A program made the position numbers and the translations under genes. Shown piece by piece: positions 48,144 through 56,055 of a DNA stretch of 64,000 nucleotides. The stretch comes from a virus, in the IMG/VR virus record IMGVR_UViG_3300025598_000023, positions 32,001 through 96,000 of that record. One strand, 5' to 3'. The notes under the pieces were generated by a model, which was given only the letters and a program-made list of their open reading frames with translations, searched no databases and was not told the origin of the DNA. The stretch's first letter is position 1; each line of letters starts with the position of its first letter.

Positions 48144-48843
48144 TGGTCTTGGTCTTAGCAGTCTTGGCTGTTGCTTTCTTTGTAGTAGCCTTTACGACTA
48201 CTGGCTTAGCACTTTGTAGTTCATTAAGCTGCTTCTGCATGCCCTGCATGGTCTTCATCATTTCCATCATAACAGCAGTCATATCTGGCGTAGCGGGTTG
48301 TGCTGATACAGGTGCAACGACAGGTGTTTCAACAGCATTAAGTTTAGCATTTTCTGCTTCAAGATTAATACCAAGTTCATTGGGACGCACACTGTCACTA
48401 ACTACTGCATCTGTTGTTGCAGTCTTTGCAGGATCAGCAAATCCTTGTTGATTTTCCATACGTTCTAGACGTGAAACAGCTTCTGGTCCCTTACCAACTT
48501 GATTTAAAAGTTTAGTAAGCTCATCAAGTCGGATACTGCTTTTGCTATTTGGAGTAACTAAAACATTTGCTGCTGGCACACGTTTTAGATAGTTTTCTGC
48601 ACTTAATGCTTGCAACATATTTTGACCATCTGCCATCATGCGGCGTTCTAGAATATCACGAAACTCATATGCTTGTTGACCTTCGTCACTCTCTAAAACT
48701 CTCATGACATCATCATGATATTTGCTTGGCATGATTTCACTATAAATTACTGCTGCCATATGTTCATCTTCACCAGGTAGCTGGCGTTGAACAATGATAA
48801 CTTTTTTATTGTTGACACTTCCTACGTGTTTAAAAAAACTCAT
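48136..48843 (-). CDS. Hypothetical protein with Lys/Ala/Thr-rich tail
   Basis: 235-aa coupled ORF. Confidence 0.7.
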   Translation of the reverse strand: MSFFKHVGSVNNKKVIIVQRQLPGEDEHMAAVIYSEIMPSKYHDDVMRVLESDEGQQAYEFRDILERRMMADGQNMLQALSAENYLKRVPAANVLVTPNSKSSIRLDELTKLLNQVGKGPEAVSRLERMENQQGFADPAKTATTDAVVSDSVRPNELGINLEAENAKLNAVETPVVAPVSAQPATPDMTAVMMEMMKTMQGMQKQLNELQSAKPVVVKATTKKATAKTAKTKTSV

Positions 48844-49061
48844 TGATTTACTTCCTCTGTAGATGTTTCTGGTGCTGGCTGAGGATTATTAGCAACAATA
48901 AAGGCTTTAACTTTATCGTATACTGCACCTACACTTGAAAGTTCTTCTGCACGAAAAGCACCACGCTGTGCAACTGTTTCTACAATCTGAACCAAGAAAG
49001 CAATATCATTGATTGTTACGCTTGGTGGTGTTGCAGGAACATTAGTAGTTTCGTCTGTCAT
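48840..49061 (-). CDS. Small hypothetical protein
   Basis: GGAG SD; ETVAQRGAFRAEELSSVGAVYDK. Confidence 0.7.
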   Translation of the reverse strand: MTDETTNVPATPPSVTINDIAFLVQIVETVAQRGAFRAEELSSVGAVYDKVKAFIVANNPQPAPETSTEEVNQ

Positions 49062-49079
49062 TATAATCTCCGTTTTTAT

Positions 49080-49085
49080 TATTTA
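49080..49085 (-). promoter_or_regulatory. TAAATA late-promoter-like motif
   Basis: Minus-strand TAAATA just downstream of the terminator and upstream of ATG 49061; heads the run ending in thyA and the sugar genes. Confidence 0.55.
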
Positions 49086-49092
49086 ATATAAT

Positions 49093-49123
49093 AAAAAAGG
49101 CTCCGAAAATTTTTCGGAGCCTT
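49093..49123 (-). terminator. Intrinsic terminator after vWA gene
   Basis: AAGGCTCCGAAAA-t-TTTTCGGAGCCTT inverted repeat with minus-strand U6 tail. Confidence 0.85.
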
Positions 49124-49157
49124 ATAAGATTGGTGCAAGAAGGAACGTAAACCAATC

Positions 49158-50414
49158 TTAATCTTCATAATAGGCATGAACACCAAACGGCGGTTCAATA
49201 GTCTTGTTATACTTGTTATGGATAATCCATACAGTATCACAATAATTTTCATCACCCCAAGAACCAAAGGGTTCACCGTCAGTAAACACGATAAAAAGTT
49301 TAGGTTCAACGCCTTCGTGTTGCATCCACCGCCAATTTACATCAAAGTCAGTTCCGCCAAAACCTTTTGGTTCATAGTTTATAAGTTCATCACCATCAGC
49401 AGTAGTATATTCTTGTGGGTTATGAACTTGTGTATCAAAGCACCAAATCTTAATCTTGTAATCATCATAAGATTGCATGATACCATTGATTTCACTAAAA
49501 AAAGCAGTCAATTGTTCTTGACCAATTGAACCGCTAGTATCGATAGCAATGCAAACATCAATAGCTTGATCCTTACGCATGTTAGGCAGAACAAACCCTT
49601 GCGAGAACATTTTCTTGTTAGGAATAGTCCAAGTGTAATCATTCTTAACAGTAGATTGGATTTGTTGTGTAATGAGTTCACGCCAGTTGATTTTAGGCTG
49701 TGTGAGTTCATTAATCATACGCTTGACATTGCCAGGACAATCGCCAGCGCCAGCACTTTGTGCTGCTGCAAGCATAGCTTCCTTAAACTCGTCTTTAATC
49801 TTTTGGCGTTCTTCTTGTGAAAGTGTAGGACGGCCCTTACCTTCTTTATCACCGTCTTTGTCTTCACCGCCATTGCCATCTTTTTCAGGATCAAGATGGT
49901 CATCAAGCATTTGGTCAAGCAAATCTTCAATGTTAATTTTCTGTGCATTCTTGATCAAGTCTTCATAAACTTGTTCAAAGTTCCAATCATCATACTTGCG
50001 ATCATAAAGAATAGGAAGAACAGTAATACGTTGACCAAGGTTATACTTGATGCAGTCAGCATTTACCACATAGTCCATTGCAATGTTTGCAAGGTCTTTC
50101 TGTTTGCCAATACCACGGTTCATGTGGTCGTAAGCGCAATGAAGCAACTCATGGCAGAACAAAAACATCATTTGATTGGTAGGAAGTTTGAGGATAAAGT
50201 CACTGTTGTAATAAAAGTGACGACCATCAGTAGCCGCAGTGGTCAGCCAGCTATCAGCATTGACCAGTTTGAGCCGCATGGCAAGATTTCCAAAAAACGG
50301 TTGTTTAATTACAAGGGCAATACGAGCCTTGAGAATTGCTTGACGTGCATCATAGTCGACCTTTGGGTCAACCGTATCGGACAGTTTGCCAGCACCTTGT
50401 TTCATCTTAGCCAT
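49158..50414 (-). CDS. Metallopeptidase-like + vWA domain protein (DUF2201-like), MoxR partner
   Basis: TAATDG, CHELLH (HExxH), acidic linker, IAIDTSGSI MIDAS, GGTDF, FTDG. Confidence 0.85.
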   Translation of the reverse strand: MAKMKQGAGKLSDTVDPKVDYDARQAILKARIALVIKQPFFGNLAMRLKLVNADSWLTTAATDGRHFYYNSDFILKLPTNQMMFLFCHELLHCAYDHMNRGIGKQKDLANIAMDYVVNADCIKYNLGQRITVLPILYDRKYDDWNFEQVYEDLIKNAQKINIEDLLDQMLDDHLDPEKDGNGGEDKDGDKEGKGRPTLSQEERQKIKDEFKEAMLAAAQSAGAGDCPGNVKRMINELTQPKINWRELITQQIQSTVKNDYTWTIPNKKMFSQGFVLPNMRKDQAIDVCIAIDTSGSIGQEQLTAFFSEINGIMQSYDDYKIKIWCFDTQVHNPQEYTTADGDELINYEPKGFGGTDFDVNWRWMQHEGVEPKLFIVFTDGEPFGSWGDENYCDTVWIIHNKYNKTIEPPFGVHAYYED

Positions 50415-50439
50415 AATCGTTCTCCAATTTCTATAATCT

Positions 50440-50467
50440 ATAATACCACATTATTGGGGGTTGTCAA
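50440..50467 (-). promoter_or_regulatory. sigma70-type early promoter
   Basis: TTGACA-N16-TATTAT with extended TG, then ATTATAG and GGAGAA SD. Confidence 0.75.
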
Positions 50468-50478
50468 GCATTATTTTT

Positions 50479-50892
50479 TCAAGAAAAAGCCATTATTTGT
50501 TCGAAAATATTGGTTTTATTTAAATTTAAGTCAATATATCCATTAAAACCAACATAATTTGTTGCAATTTTACTTTGGTTTTCACAATTTATTACTATAT
50601 TTTGCTGTAAATATACTTCATTTATTGGAAACATATCTAATTTAATACTGCAAATTTTAACAAATTTATCAGCAATAATTTTATTGTCTTCAATAATTGT
50701 GTCATTTTTCATATCTTTTCCACTAAAATCTATTTTAATTTTTTTGGGAAGATTTACAAATAAACTTTGTTCTACAAACTTTTCACCCGTGGGATTTATC
50801 ACAATATCATCGCCAATAAATTTTACAGTCATTGTTTTATTTTTGACATAGCCAAATTCAAACAAAAATTTTATTTCTACATTATCAAACAT
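50479..50892 (-). CDS. AT-rich hypothetical protein
   Basis: 137-aa ORF overlapping the end of the B12-radical SAM gene. Confidence 0.6.
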   Translation of the reverse strand: MFDNVEIKFLFEFGYVKNKTMTVKFIGDDIVINPTGEKFVEQSLFVNLPKKIKIDFSGKDMKNDTIIEDNKIIADKFVKICSIKLDMFPINEVYLQQNIVINCENQSKIATNYVGFNGYIDLNLNKTNIFEQIMAFS

Positions 50893-52342
50893 TGTTTTTA
50901 ATTAAACTTTCTAGCACAAAATGATTATCAAGGTTATCAACAACATTGTAACCTAGTTTTTTACTGTAATTCATAAGGTCAATCGTCCATTGCGCCCTTA
51001 TTTTTGGTGTACTATTAATAGACGGATTTATCCATTCATTTGGCAAGGGACCAATTTTTGTTATTCCTAATTTTTCTTTATTATTATCTAAAAAAGTATT
51101 TGGGAAAATACCTAATGTCCCACCCCATTGAATTACCAGTGTGTCTTTATACTCAATATGAGTTGCTAACCAATTTTTTATATAGTTAATATGTGTTTGT
51201 GTTTCAGTAATGTATCCAACGATATTAAGTAAAGTAATTTTTATGTTATATTTTTTAGCTTGTTTTAAATAAAAATCTATAGATTCATTAGTAAATTTTT
51301 TACCCATGGCGTATCTAATATCTTCATTTAGATTTTCAACTCCAACACTTAAAACATTTGCACCAGACTTAGCTATTAACTCCCATTCATGTTCACTGCT
51401 TTGAGATATATTTCTAAAAATAAAATATCCAGACCAACTAAAAGAATTATTTGGATTTTTTGTATTATAATTTGCCAATAACTTTAAAAATTTTAAAAAT
51501 TCTTTTTGATTGCCATTAGTCAAACTGTCTTGAAATTTAAAATTTCTTATATTATATTTTTTGTTTTGAATTAACATTTCATTGAATATTTCTTCTGCTT
51601 CTCTCCAGTGAAAGTTTTTCCAATTAGAAATGTAATCACAAAAAGTGCACTTTCTTACACATCCTCTGCTGCCTACTAAAGGCAATATTCTTTTTCTATA
51701 ATTTGCAAAATTATAATCGTCATAATCAGGATACGGTAAACTTCTAACTTCTTCCCTACTCAGTTCTTGCCATGATGGTGTATTAATTCCATTATAATCA
51801 TTGTTACCATTTAAAAGTTCAATAAGTGAACGTTCACCATCGCCGCGAATATGCCAATCAGCTAATTTTTCATTTAGCATAAAATTTACAAATTCACTTG
51901 GACCAGTAAAGGTATCTAAACAGCCAGCACCGCCAATTAATATTTTGATTTTGGGATTGAGTTTTTTAATATAGTATGCTATCCATTTTCCACTTTGCTG
52001 ACAAACATAAGAAAATAGACTTAACCCCACATATTTTGGTTTATAAGAAATAATTTTAGTAGCAATATTTTTAAACAAATTATGTAAAAAATTTGCTGCC
52101 TCATTATCAGCAACACCATCAAAGAAAAATTTTATCAATTCATCTTTTAAAGGATGAATTGTTATTATATTAAATATTTCTATATTAAGATCGATTGCTA
52201 AACAGCTATAACCACATTTTTCAATTATTGGTTTTAGTGCTGCTGGTGCCATCAACGGCAAATTAGTATCAATCCAGGGCACAGTGGTTATAATAAAATC
52301 TATCTTTTTATTTTCGGAATTATCTAAACATTCAATTTTCAT
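50885..52342 (-). CDS. Cobalamin-binding radical SAM protein (class B methyltransferase-like)
   Basis: PLMAPAALK..IDLNI..VGLSLFS..ILIGG..GDGE..LPYPDYDD..GSRGCVRKCTFCD..GVE..VGYITET. Confidence 0.85.
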   Translation of the reverse strand: MKIECLDNSENKKIDFIITTVPWIDTNLPLMAPAALKPIIEKCGYSCLAIDLNIEIFNIITIHPLKDELIKFFFDGVADNEAANFLHNLFKNIATKIISYKPKYVGLSLFSYVCQQSGKWIAYYIKKLNPKIKILIGGAGCLDTFTGPSEFVNFMLNEKLADWHIRGDGERSLIELLNGNNDYNGINTPSWQELSREEVRSLPYPDYDDYNFANYRKRILPLVGSRGCVRKCTFCDYISNWKNFHWREAEEIFNEMLIQNKKYNIRNFKFQDSLTNGNQKEFLKFLKLLANYNTKNPNNSFSWSGYFIFRNISQSSEHEWELIAKSGANVLSVGVENLNEDIRYAMGKKFTNESIDFYLKQAKKYNIKITLLNIVGYITETQTHINYIKNWLATHIEYKDTLVIQWGGTLGIFPNTFLDNNKEKLGITKIGPLPNEWINPSINSTPKIRAQWTIDLMNYSKKLGYNVVDNLDNHFVLESLIKNNV

Positions 52343-52346
52343 TTCT

Positions 52347-52352
52347 TATTTA
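52347..52352 (-). promoter_or_regulatory. TAAATA late-promoter-like motif
   Basis: TAAATA 4 nt before ATG 52342. Confidence 0.5.
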
Positions 52353-52357
52353 CACAC

Positions 52358-52396
52358 TAAAATAGGGGAGAAGTGCTGTGAACACCACCCCCCTAT
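52358..52396 (-). terminator. Probable intrinsic terminator after MoxR gene
   Basis: Minus strand ATAGGGG..CCCCTAT stem followed by TTT. Confidence 0.55.
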
Positions 52397-52398
52397 AG

Positions 52399-52436
52399 TC
52401 TCGCCCTCACTGTGATGGAGAACGATAGGGGCGAGA
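52399..52436 (-). ncRNA. Candidate regulatory hairpin RNA with anti-SD loop
   Basis: 8-bp stem TCTCGCCC/GGGCGAGA enclosing UAUCGUUCUCCAUCA, complementary to four RBS regions in this window. Confidence 0.4.
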
Positions 52437-53561
52437 TTAACGCAATGCAGACATGATGAAGTCACCATTCTTAGCGTGGAATTCTTTATAGTTTGCCAGT
52501 TTACTTGTTTTCATTGGCAGACTATAAACACGGACAAGAGTAGCAATCATCATAACTTGCAATTCTGTATCCATGTGATCAAGGAAGAAACGGATAACAT
52601 TATCAATTTCACCATGCCAAGCAGTGTAGTCGGCATCTTTCATCTTGTCACCGCCGCGACGAACACAGCTATCCTTGAGTTCATAGCAGCATGAGACTGT
52701 AAGAGAATACTTTGCACCAATGTCTTTAGCTTTGAGTTCCTTGATTTTACCAGCAAGAATATCGCTTGGATTTGGCATTTGGCTTGCAACCTTGCGATGT
52801 GCAGAGAATTTAAGTGCAACACCTTCACCAACCGTGCCCGCAACAAGGTCATTCAATTCGGTATCACCAAGGTCTTCTTGCAAAAGGTCGCTAACAAACG
52901 ACCAAGAACGAGGCGTAGCGAATGATGCACCGCTTGAACGTGGGTCAAAGTTGAACAAATCACCTTTGTTACAGGTCACGTAAGCCACAACATCAGGGCT
53001 GATACCATGGTTCAATGCCCATTCATTCCACGACTCAAAGTCAACACGCAAGTTCAAGTGAACAAAACGGTTAGCAAGTGGCGATGGCATACGATACACG
53101 ACACCACGGTCAGTATCACGGTTACCAGCGGCAACGATAACAACATTGTCAGGAAGTTCATAAGTGCCGACACGACGATTAAGAACCAATTGATATGCGG
53201 CAGCTTGAGTTGCAGGTGCAGCAGAGTTCATTTCGTCGAGGAAAAGCACCACAACAGGATACTTTGCGGCTTCCTCGGCAGTAGGCAAATCAGGCGGTGC
53301 ATTCCACATCGCATTACCCACGGTAGGATTGTAGTAGAGAACACCCTTAAGATCGGAAGGGTCCATAAGTGCAAGACGCAAGTCATACAACTTGCCGCCC
53401 ATGCTTTCGCAAATATCAGCAACCAATTCAGACTTGCCGATACCAGGCGCACCCCACAAGAAGATTGGGCGCTTACGCTTCATACATACCATAATTTCAC
53501 GCTTAGCAGATGCAAGCGTAACTGTCCGCACTTCGGACACAGCATCATTAACTTTAGCCAT
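52437..53561 (-). CDS. MoxR-like AAA+ ATPase
   Basis: WGAPGIGKS Walker A; LFLDEMNSA Walker B; AAGNR; PLANRFVH; ATPRSW. Confidence 0.9.
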   Translation of the reverse strand: MAKVNDAVSEVRTVTLASAKREIMVCMKRKRPIFLWGAPGIGKSELVADICESMGGKLYDLRLALMDPSDLKGVLYYNPTVGNAMWNAPPDLPTAEEAAKYPVVVLFLDEMNSAAPATQAAAYQLVLNRRVGTYELPDNVVIVAAGNRDTDRGVVYRMPSPLANRFVHLNLRVDFESWNEWALNHGISPDVVAYVTCNKGDLFNFDPRSSGASFATPRSWSFVSDLLQEDLGDTELNDLVAGTVGEGVALKFSAHRKVASQMPNPSDILAGKIKELKAKDIGAKYSLTVSCCYELKDSCVRRGGDKMKDADYTAWHGEIDNVIRFFLDHMDTELQVMMIATLVRVYSLPMKTSKLANYKEFHAKNGDFIMSALR

Positions 53562-53591
53562 TTGTTTTCTCCATCAGTTGACTATAATATT

Positions 53592-53619
53592 AATATAACA
53601 GATTATTCTTGGTTGTCAA
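53592..53619 (-). promoter_or_regulatory. sigma70-type early promoter
   Basis: TTGACA-N16-TATATT (TGT extended), ATTATAG, GGAGAA SD. Confidence 0.75.
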
Positions 53620-54295
53620 GCACTTTTTTTGTCTCTAAAAGTGGCTGAACCTTCATTTTAATCCGCACATAATGCAGACGTGTTTTGCTGTCCTCATCAT
53701 GTTTATGGATGCGGGCTGTCAAAATAATGACACTTCCACGCTCAAATTTTTCGGCAAACGGAAATAACACAAGGCAGTTATCTTCTGTCAGTCCAGTATG
53801 ATACCACTTGTTATAATTATAGCTAAAAACTGCCGAAATAATGGTGATTTTTCCTTCAAAATTATCACCTACTTTGCCAAAATGTCGGCTATTTGCTTGC
53901 AAAGTATTAATTTCATCACGTGCATTTTCACGAGCAATAGCATTTTTATATGAGCTTGGAACACTAGCAATTAGTGCTAAAGTCTTGTAATCATTAGCTA
54001 AAAATTCTTTCTGTTCAGTCAATAGAACCAAATTTCGCCAATAATCGTGCAATGTGCCGCCAATAAGTTCAAACATTTTACCATCAAGATATTCAATAAT
54101 TTGTTCAGCACTTTCAATATCTTGTGGCAAAGCATTAACGTGTTCAATTTCAGGATTAAGGATATCACGCATCAATGCACCGTTGCTTTCCTCCCCCTTT
54201 TCTTTGTCAGCTTCATAGCGTTTGATATAACGACCATTAATTCGTTGTGCCGCACAAGCAGCAGAAATAGCGTCTTTTAAGGTAATATTAGTCAT
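53603..54295 (-). CDS. Hypothetical protein, possible C-terminal OB-fold
   Basis: 230 aa; C-terminal beta-rich G.VG..TRLHYV pattern; ATGA-coupled to the ArfA-like ORF. Confidence 0.65.
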   Translation of the reverse strand: MTNITLKDAISAACAAQRINGRYIKRYEADKEKGEESNGALMRDILNPEIEHVNALPQDIESAEQIIEYLDGKMFELIGGTLHDYWRNLVLLTEQKEFLANDYKTLALIASVPSSYKNAIARENARDEINTLQANSRHFGKVGDNFEGKITIISAVFSYNYNKWYHTGLTEDNCLVLFPFAEKFERGSVIILTARIHKHDEDSKTRLHYVRIKMKVQPLLETKKVLDNQE

Positions 54296-54408
54296 TTTGC
54301 ACCTTTATGCTTGTTTTTACGGCTATAGCTACCCTTGCCCTTACGGGGGGTGACAATTTTTTGACGATATTTGGGGTCCGCAAGTGACTTTGCAATAAGG
54401 CTACGCAT
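54292..54408 (-). CDS. ArfA-like alternative ribosome-rescue peptide (38 aa, not in ORF track)
   Basis: Hand-translated MRSLIAKSLADPKYRQKIVTPRKGKGSYSRKNKHKGAK*; own promoter, GGAGAA SD, ATGA overlap with next gene; matches the ArfA core LxDPxFRQ..KGKGSYxRKxKH. Confidence 0.7.
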   Translation of the reverse strand: MRSLIAKSLADPKYRQKIVTPRKGKGSYSRKNKHKGAK

Positions 54409-54432
54409 CGCTAGTTCTCCATCTATAATGCT

Positions 54433-54460
54433 AATTTAGCATATTTTTGGGATTTGTCAA
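54433..54460 (-). promoter_or_regulatory. sigma70-type early promoter
   Basis: TTGACA-N16-TAAATT (TGC extended), ATTATAG, GGAGAA SD. Confidence 0.72.
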
Positions 54461-54837
54461 CCTAAAATTTCAATAGCTTGGCGTAAATTTCCATCGCACA
54501 TAGCCAAAATTGTGGATAATTCTGTATCCATTAGGAATAATTCCCCACTGCTCATTTTCAAAAACCACGGGAATTTATGATATCGATCCATTAATACTAG
54601 TTCTTTACCATTTATTTGATACTTTTTCTTATCAATAAAGTGCTTATGAAAAGTATAACCAGCATTTGTTAATAGTTCAAATGAAGTATTGTTTAGCCTA
54701 AACCCAAAGTTTTTATTATTATGATACCAATATAGAACATAGATGTTTTTTAAATTAGGATTTGGTATAGGCGCGTCTGCACCGTGAGCAAAGTGGTATA
54801 ATTCGTGTGTCCAATCAGTTTTTGATTTATCTATCAT
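54457..54837 (-). CDS. Hypothetical protein
   Basis: 126-aa coupled ORF. Confidence 0.65.
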   Translation of the reverse strand: MIDKSKTDWTHELYHFAHGADAPIPNPNLKNIYVLYWYHNNKNFGFRLNNTSFELLTNAGYTFHKHFIDKKKYQINGKELVLMDRYHKFPWFLKMSSGELFLMDTELSTILAMCDGNLRQAIEILG

Positions 54838-55127
54838 TTTGTGGGATAAACAGCAGCACCACTGTTCAATAGCACAACACTAAAACGGTTTGTCTTGAAT
54901 TGTGCATTTAACTTTTTACATAAATTGATTGCATGACCAGGATTTGAAAAACTAGACTTCTTATACTTTGGTCCGCTATATTGTGCTAACATACTGGTAG
55001 TTTTAAGATTTACTGGTTTATTATCCAAGAAAATTGCCCAAATGCCTTCACTAGCCAGAACTTGCTCTGACTTATATGTTTGCTTATTTGTAATTTCAAG
55101 CAGTACTTGAGGCTTCGGTCTTGACAT
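54834..55127 (-). CDS. Conserved jumbo-phage hypothetical protein
   Basis: MSRPKP..GPKYKKSSFSNPGHAINL..KLN motif recalled from large myoviruses. Confidence 0.7.
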   Translation of the reverse strand: MSRPKPQVLLEITNKQTYKSEQVLASEGIWAIFLDNKPVNLKTTSMLAQYSGPKYKKSSFSNPGHAINLCKKLNAQFKTNRFSVVLLNSGAAVYPTK

Positions 55128-55146
55128 AGTTGATAATCTTACAGTA

Positions 55147-55152
55147 TATTTA
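55147..55152 (-). promoter_or_regulatory. TAAATA late-promoter-like motif
   Basis: Intergenic minus-strand ATAAATA upstream of ATG 55127. Confidence 0.55.
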
Positions 55153-55168
55153 TCGGTTCGAATCGATC

Positions 55169-55390
55169 TTAAAAATCTTTCCCTACCATTTCTACTTGAA
55201 TAACATTACTGTTTAATAGATTTTCTTCTAATTCAGCAACTTTACTTTCAAGTTGCAAAACATAACCGAGCAAATCTACGAGTTCACTTTGCACTTTTCG
55301 CAATTCATCATTATCAATAACTTGTTTACCAACAGCCATAGTAACACGATTATTAAATTCACGAATATAATGGGTATTAGGCGGTCTCAC
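55169..55390 (-). CDS. Small coiled-coil hypothetical protein
   Basis: 73-aa ORF overlapping the upstream gene. Confidence 0.6.
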   Translation of the reverse strand: MRPPNTHYIREFNNRVTMAVGKQVIDNDELRKVQSELVDLLGYVLQLESKVAELEENLLNSNVIQVEMVGKDF

Positions 55391-55853
55391 TATTGCAAAT
55401 CCTTAAACGTTCTTGTTGTTCGAGTTTAGTCTTGAATGGACCCTCATACTCATATCGTTGTAATGTAATAAGTTTTGGTGTAAATTCTGGGACATACACT
55501 TTGTTATATTTTATGATATAATATCCAGCACAAAAGTATGAACTACTTTTGCTGTTTTTAGTATAGATAGGAAGTTTAAGTTTTACATTCCATAAGATAT
55601 TGTGTGGCGTATGGTTTGTGGGAAAGTCATAAACCATGTTTTCTACAGTAGTTTTTGCTTCACGACTACGACGAACAAACGTAATTCCCTTTTCAGCAAT
55701 CATTTGTTGCATGTCTGGAAAAATTTCTACACTATCTTCCATAGTGCAGCGAACACCACTTGTTGTTTGCGCAATGTTTCCAATGCGCTCGCCACGATCA
55801 TTTTCAATAATCCAAAAACGATTTTCTACGATGTTTTTAGCTTTGAGACTCAT
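55377..55853 (-). CDS. Conserved hypothetical protein
   Basis: LPIYTKNSKSSSYFCAGYY..PKLITLQRY..GPFKT. Confidence 0.7.
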   Translation of the reverse strand: MSLKAKNIVENRFWIIENDRGERIGNIAQTTSGVRCTMEDSVEIFPDMQQMIAEKGITFVRRSREAKTTVENMVYDFPTNHTPHNILWNVKLKLPIYTKNSKSSSYFCAGYYIIKYNKVYVPEFTPKLITLQRYEYEGPFKTKLEQQERLRICNSETA

Positions 55854-56055
55854 TTTCTGTAATCCTTATGACAGTATTCGAAAGTTTATCATATTTGCTA
55901 CGCATTTCCAAATATGAAATCCATCCAAGCGTAGCAGCAATATAAATTCCAGTTTCTTTGTAATCAGTAAAAAATGAATTTACAGTTAAAATTCCAAAAG
56001 CTACAAGCATCATCCAAGGTATAACAACATCAAAAATTTTTAAAAATTTATCCAT
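55837..56055 (-). CDS. Small membrane protein (2 TM)
   Basis: GGAG SD before ATG 56055; two hydrophobic segments. Confidence 0.55.
   Translation of the reverse strand: MDKFLKIFDVVIPWMMLVAFGILTVNSFFTDYKETGIYIAATLGWISYLEMRSKYDKLSNTVIRITENESQS

Noticed and set aside
52358-52436. tRNA gene in the GC-rich intergenic region
   Set aside because: Two side-by-side hairpins with no cloverleaf, T-loop GTTC context or acceptor stem
52413-52447. Plus-strand gene using the GGAGAA at 52417 as its RBS
   Set aside because: No start codon at usable spacing (next ATG is ~25 nt away, antisense to MoxR)
49896-53648. Long antisense ORFs 49896-50546 and 53007-53648 (also 29448-30074)
   Set aside because: Shadows of well-supported genes on the other strand; no RBS or recognisable motifs
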